Source: Leucoraja ocellata (taxonomy: Eukaryota). Taken from it: a DNA stretch of 64,000 nucleotides. The notes beneath the pieces are model-generated. The model ran no database searches, had not been told where the DNA came from, and saw only the letters and a list, made by a program, of their open reading frames with translations. Each line of letters starts with the position of its first letter. Position 1 is the first letter of the stretch. The stretch is from the NCBI GenBank assembly GCA_036785375.1, contig JAWMAR010000006.1, positions 992,001-1,056,000 on the forward strand. The letters run 5' to 3'. Positions 62,482 through 64,000 of the stretch are shown here, in pieces. The position numbers were made by a program, and so were the translations under genes.

Positions 62482-62687
62482 AACAAAAAAGCTGGTGAAA
62501 CTCAGCGGGTGAGGCTGCATCTAAGGAATAGACGATGTTTCGGGTCAAGACCCTTCTTCAGACTGAAGAAGCATCTCGACCCGAAACGTCGCCTATTCCT
62601 TTGCTCCATAGATGCTGCCTCACCCGCTGAGTTTCTCCAGCTTTTTTGTCTACCTTAAATTTTTCCATCATCTGCAGTTCTTTCTTA
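62482..62687. mobile_element. Head-to-head palindromic Penelope-derived unit with ~15-bp TSD
   Basis: Cores at 62534-62561 (-) and 62563-62590 (+). Flanks aacagtattcagata / aacagtacttagata. Confidence 0.85.
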
Positions 62688-63759
62688 AACAGTACTTAGA
62701 TAGTGACTGATACAAAACTGACAGCGTTCTCCTCCCTGAGACTATTTTGAAGGATTTAAGCAACAGCAATAAAAAAATCTGCATTAATCTGCGGCTACCT
62801 GTCCCATAAATGGATGATAAATGTTTATGTCTCACCTGAAACTGAATTTTAAAATGTTAGTGAGGTTCAACACTAAAGTACAGCCACGACTATAGTCTTT
62901 CTAAGTATCACTTGTTTTGAAAACAGAATGATTCTCTGATGGTTTCTATGGCAATGTGCTCTTTCAAGTGTTTAGTCTTCCAATCCATGCACCCATTCTC
63001 CCTTTGTAAGTAAAATTCTCCTTTAATCATTCATCTGGTAGAGTCTAGCCAGTGCAACCATTATACTTGGAGCTATTGTCAACTGCCCTAATATTGCAAA
63101 TATATTGAAGTAAATATTTCCCAGGTATTTTGCCCCAGACTCCACATCCTTTAGTGCATGCCTTGAAAAGATCCATTTGTAGCAGATACATAATGTGAGA
63201 CAATCCACAGGAAATGTGTTCACTTGATATATTAATGTGTTAGAGTCTGCATAGAACACATCAGTTCTTTACAAAATGTTATTTTGCAAAGTTGCTATAT
63301 TTGGTAAATCAGGCATCATTTCTCTATGTCTCATGTTTATGGCACGTTTTTTTTTTAAATTAAATACATATTTGGCAAAATCATCATTAAATGCCCTCAC
63401 AGAGATATTGGCGAGATATCTTTTTTATTGTTGCAACCCTTTTGCTGTGGAATTTTGCACGTTGCTGTTGGGCAGGATAGTTAGATATGGTGAAGATGAA
63501 GGAATGGTCTTGTGTTCCTCAGGCAGGATGATGTGTGTTTTGGAGGGATTAGTGTTCCCATGCATTTACTCTGCTTGTTTCTAGTTTCAAGCATGGAGGA
63601 TGCTGTTAAAATAGCCAAGGCAATTGATTACAGTGCATTTTGCAGATGGGACACTGAAGCCATGGTATGGTTATTGGAGAGGCGGAAATAATTCATGTCC
63701 AGGATGATGGAAAGGGATGCCAATTAAGTAAGTTGTATCATCCTAAATAGTGTTGAGTG

Positions 63760-63973
63760 GTAGAAAACAAGGAACTGCCAGATGCTGGTTAGGAAATGAA
63801 GTCCCAAAGTGTTGGAGTAACTCAACGGGTGGGACAGCATCTCTGGAGAACATGGATAGCCAATGAATGCAGGTAAATGCGGGTCTGAAGAAGGGTCCTG
63901 ACTCAAAATATCACCTGTTACCTTTATCAACAGATACTACCTGACCTGCTGAGTTACTCCACTATTTTGTGTG
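63760..63973. mobile_element. Palindromic Penelope-derived unit
   Basis: Inverted + direct terminal unit, with a degenerate hammerhead core near 63885. Confidence 0.75.
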
Positions 63974-64000
63974 CCTAATGTATAGTATGATTATCACTGA

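Overview
Repeat-dominated vertebrate DNA with no recognisable host protein-coding gene, so probably an intron or gene desert. The repeat set (HE1/V-SINEs with (CTAAA)n tails plus HER1/CR1 LINEs) points to an elasmobranch, most likely a skate or ray (inference). Almost all supplied ORFs are chance or repeat-derived. Elements found: (i) a DIRS1-type tyrosine-recombinase retrotransposon (51144-54952, minus) with gag remnant, RT, RNase H, adenine-methyltransferase and YR domains, both termini and a circle-junction ICR, but frameshifted and with a large 5' deletion; (ii) a 1.6-kb non-autonomous Helitron with a 48-bp minisatellite; (iii) eight PIF/Harbinger-type MITEs of six internal types sharing one TIR and an internal palindromic box; (iv) Penelope-like (PLE) RT and GIY-YIG remnants and about 25-30 short PLE terminal units carrying a minimal hammerhead ribozyme motif, several flanked by their own 10-16 bp target-site duplications; (v) more than 25 V-SINEs and many CR1, L2, Rex1/Babar-like and Vingi-like LINE ends. 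The least expected signals are the hammerhead-bearing mini-elements and two independent ~125-bp inverted copies of sequence lying ~1.0-1.1 kb away, both with microhomology junctions. Coordinates were read by eye, and repeat boundaries may be off by several bases.
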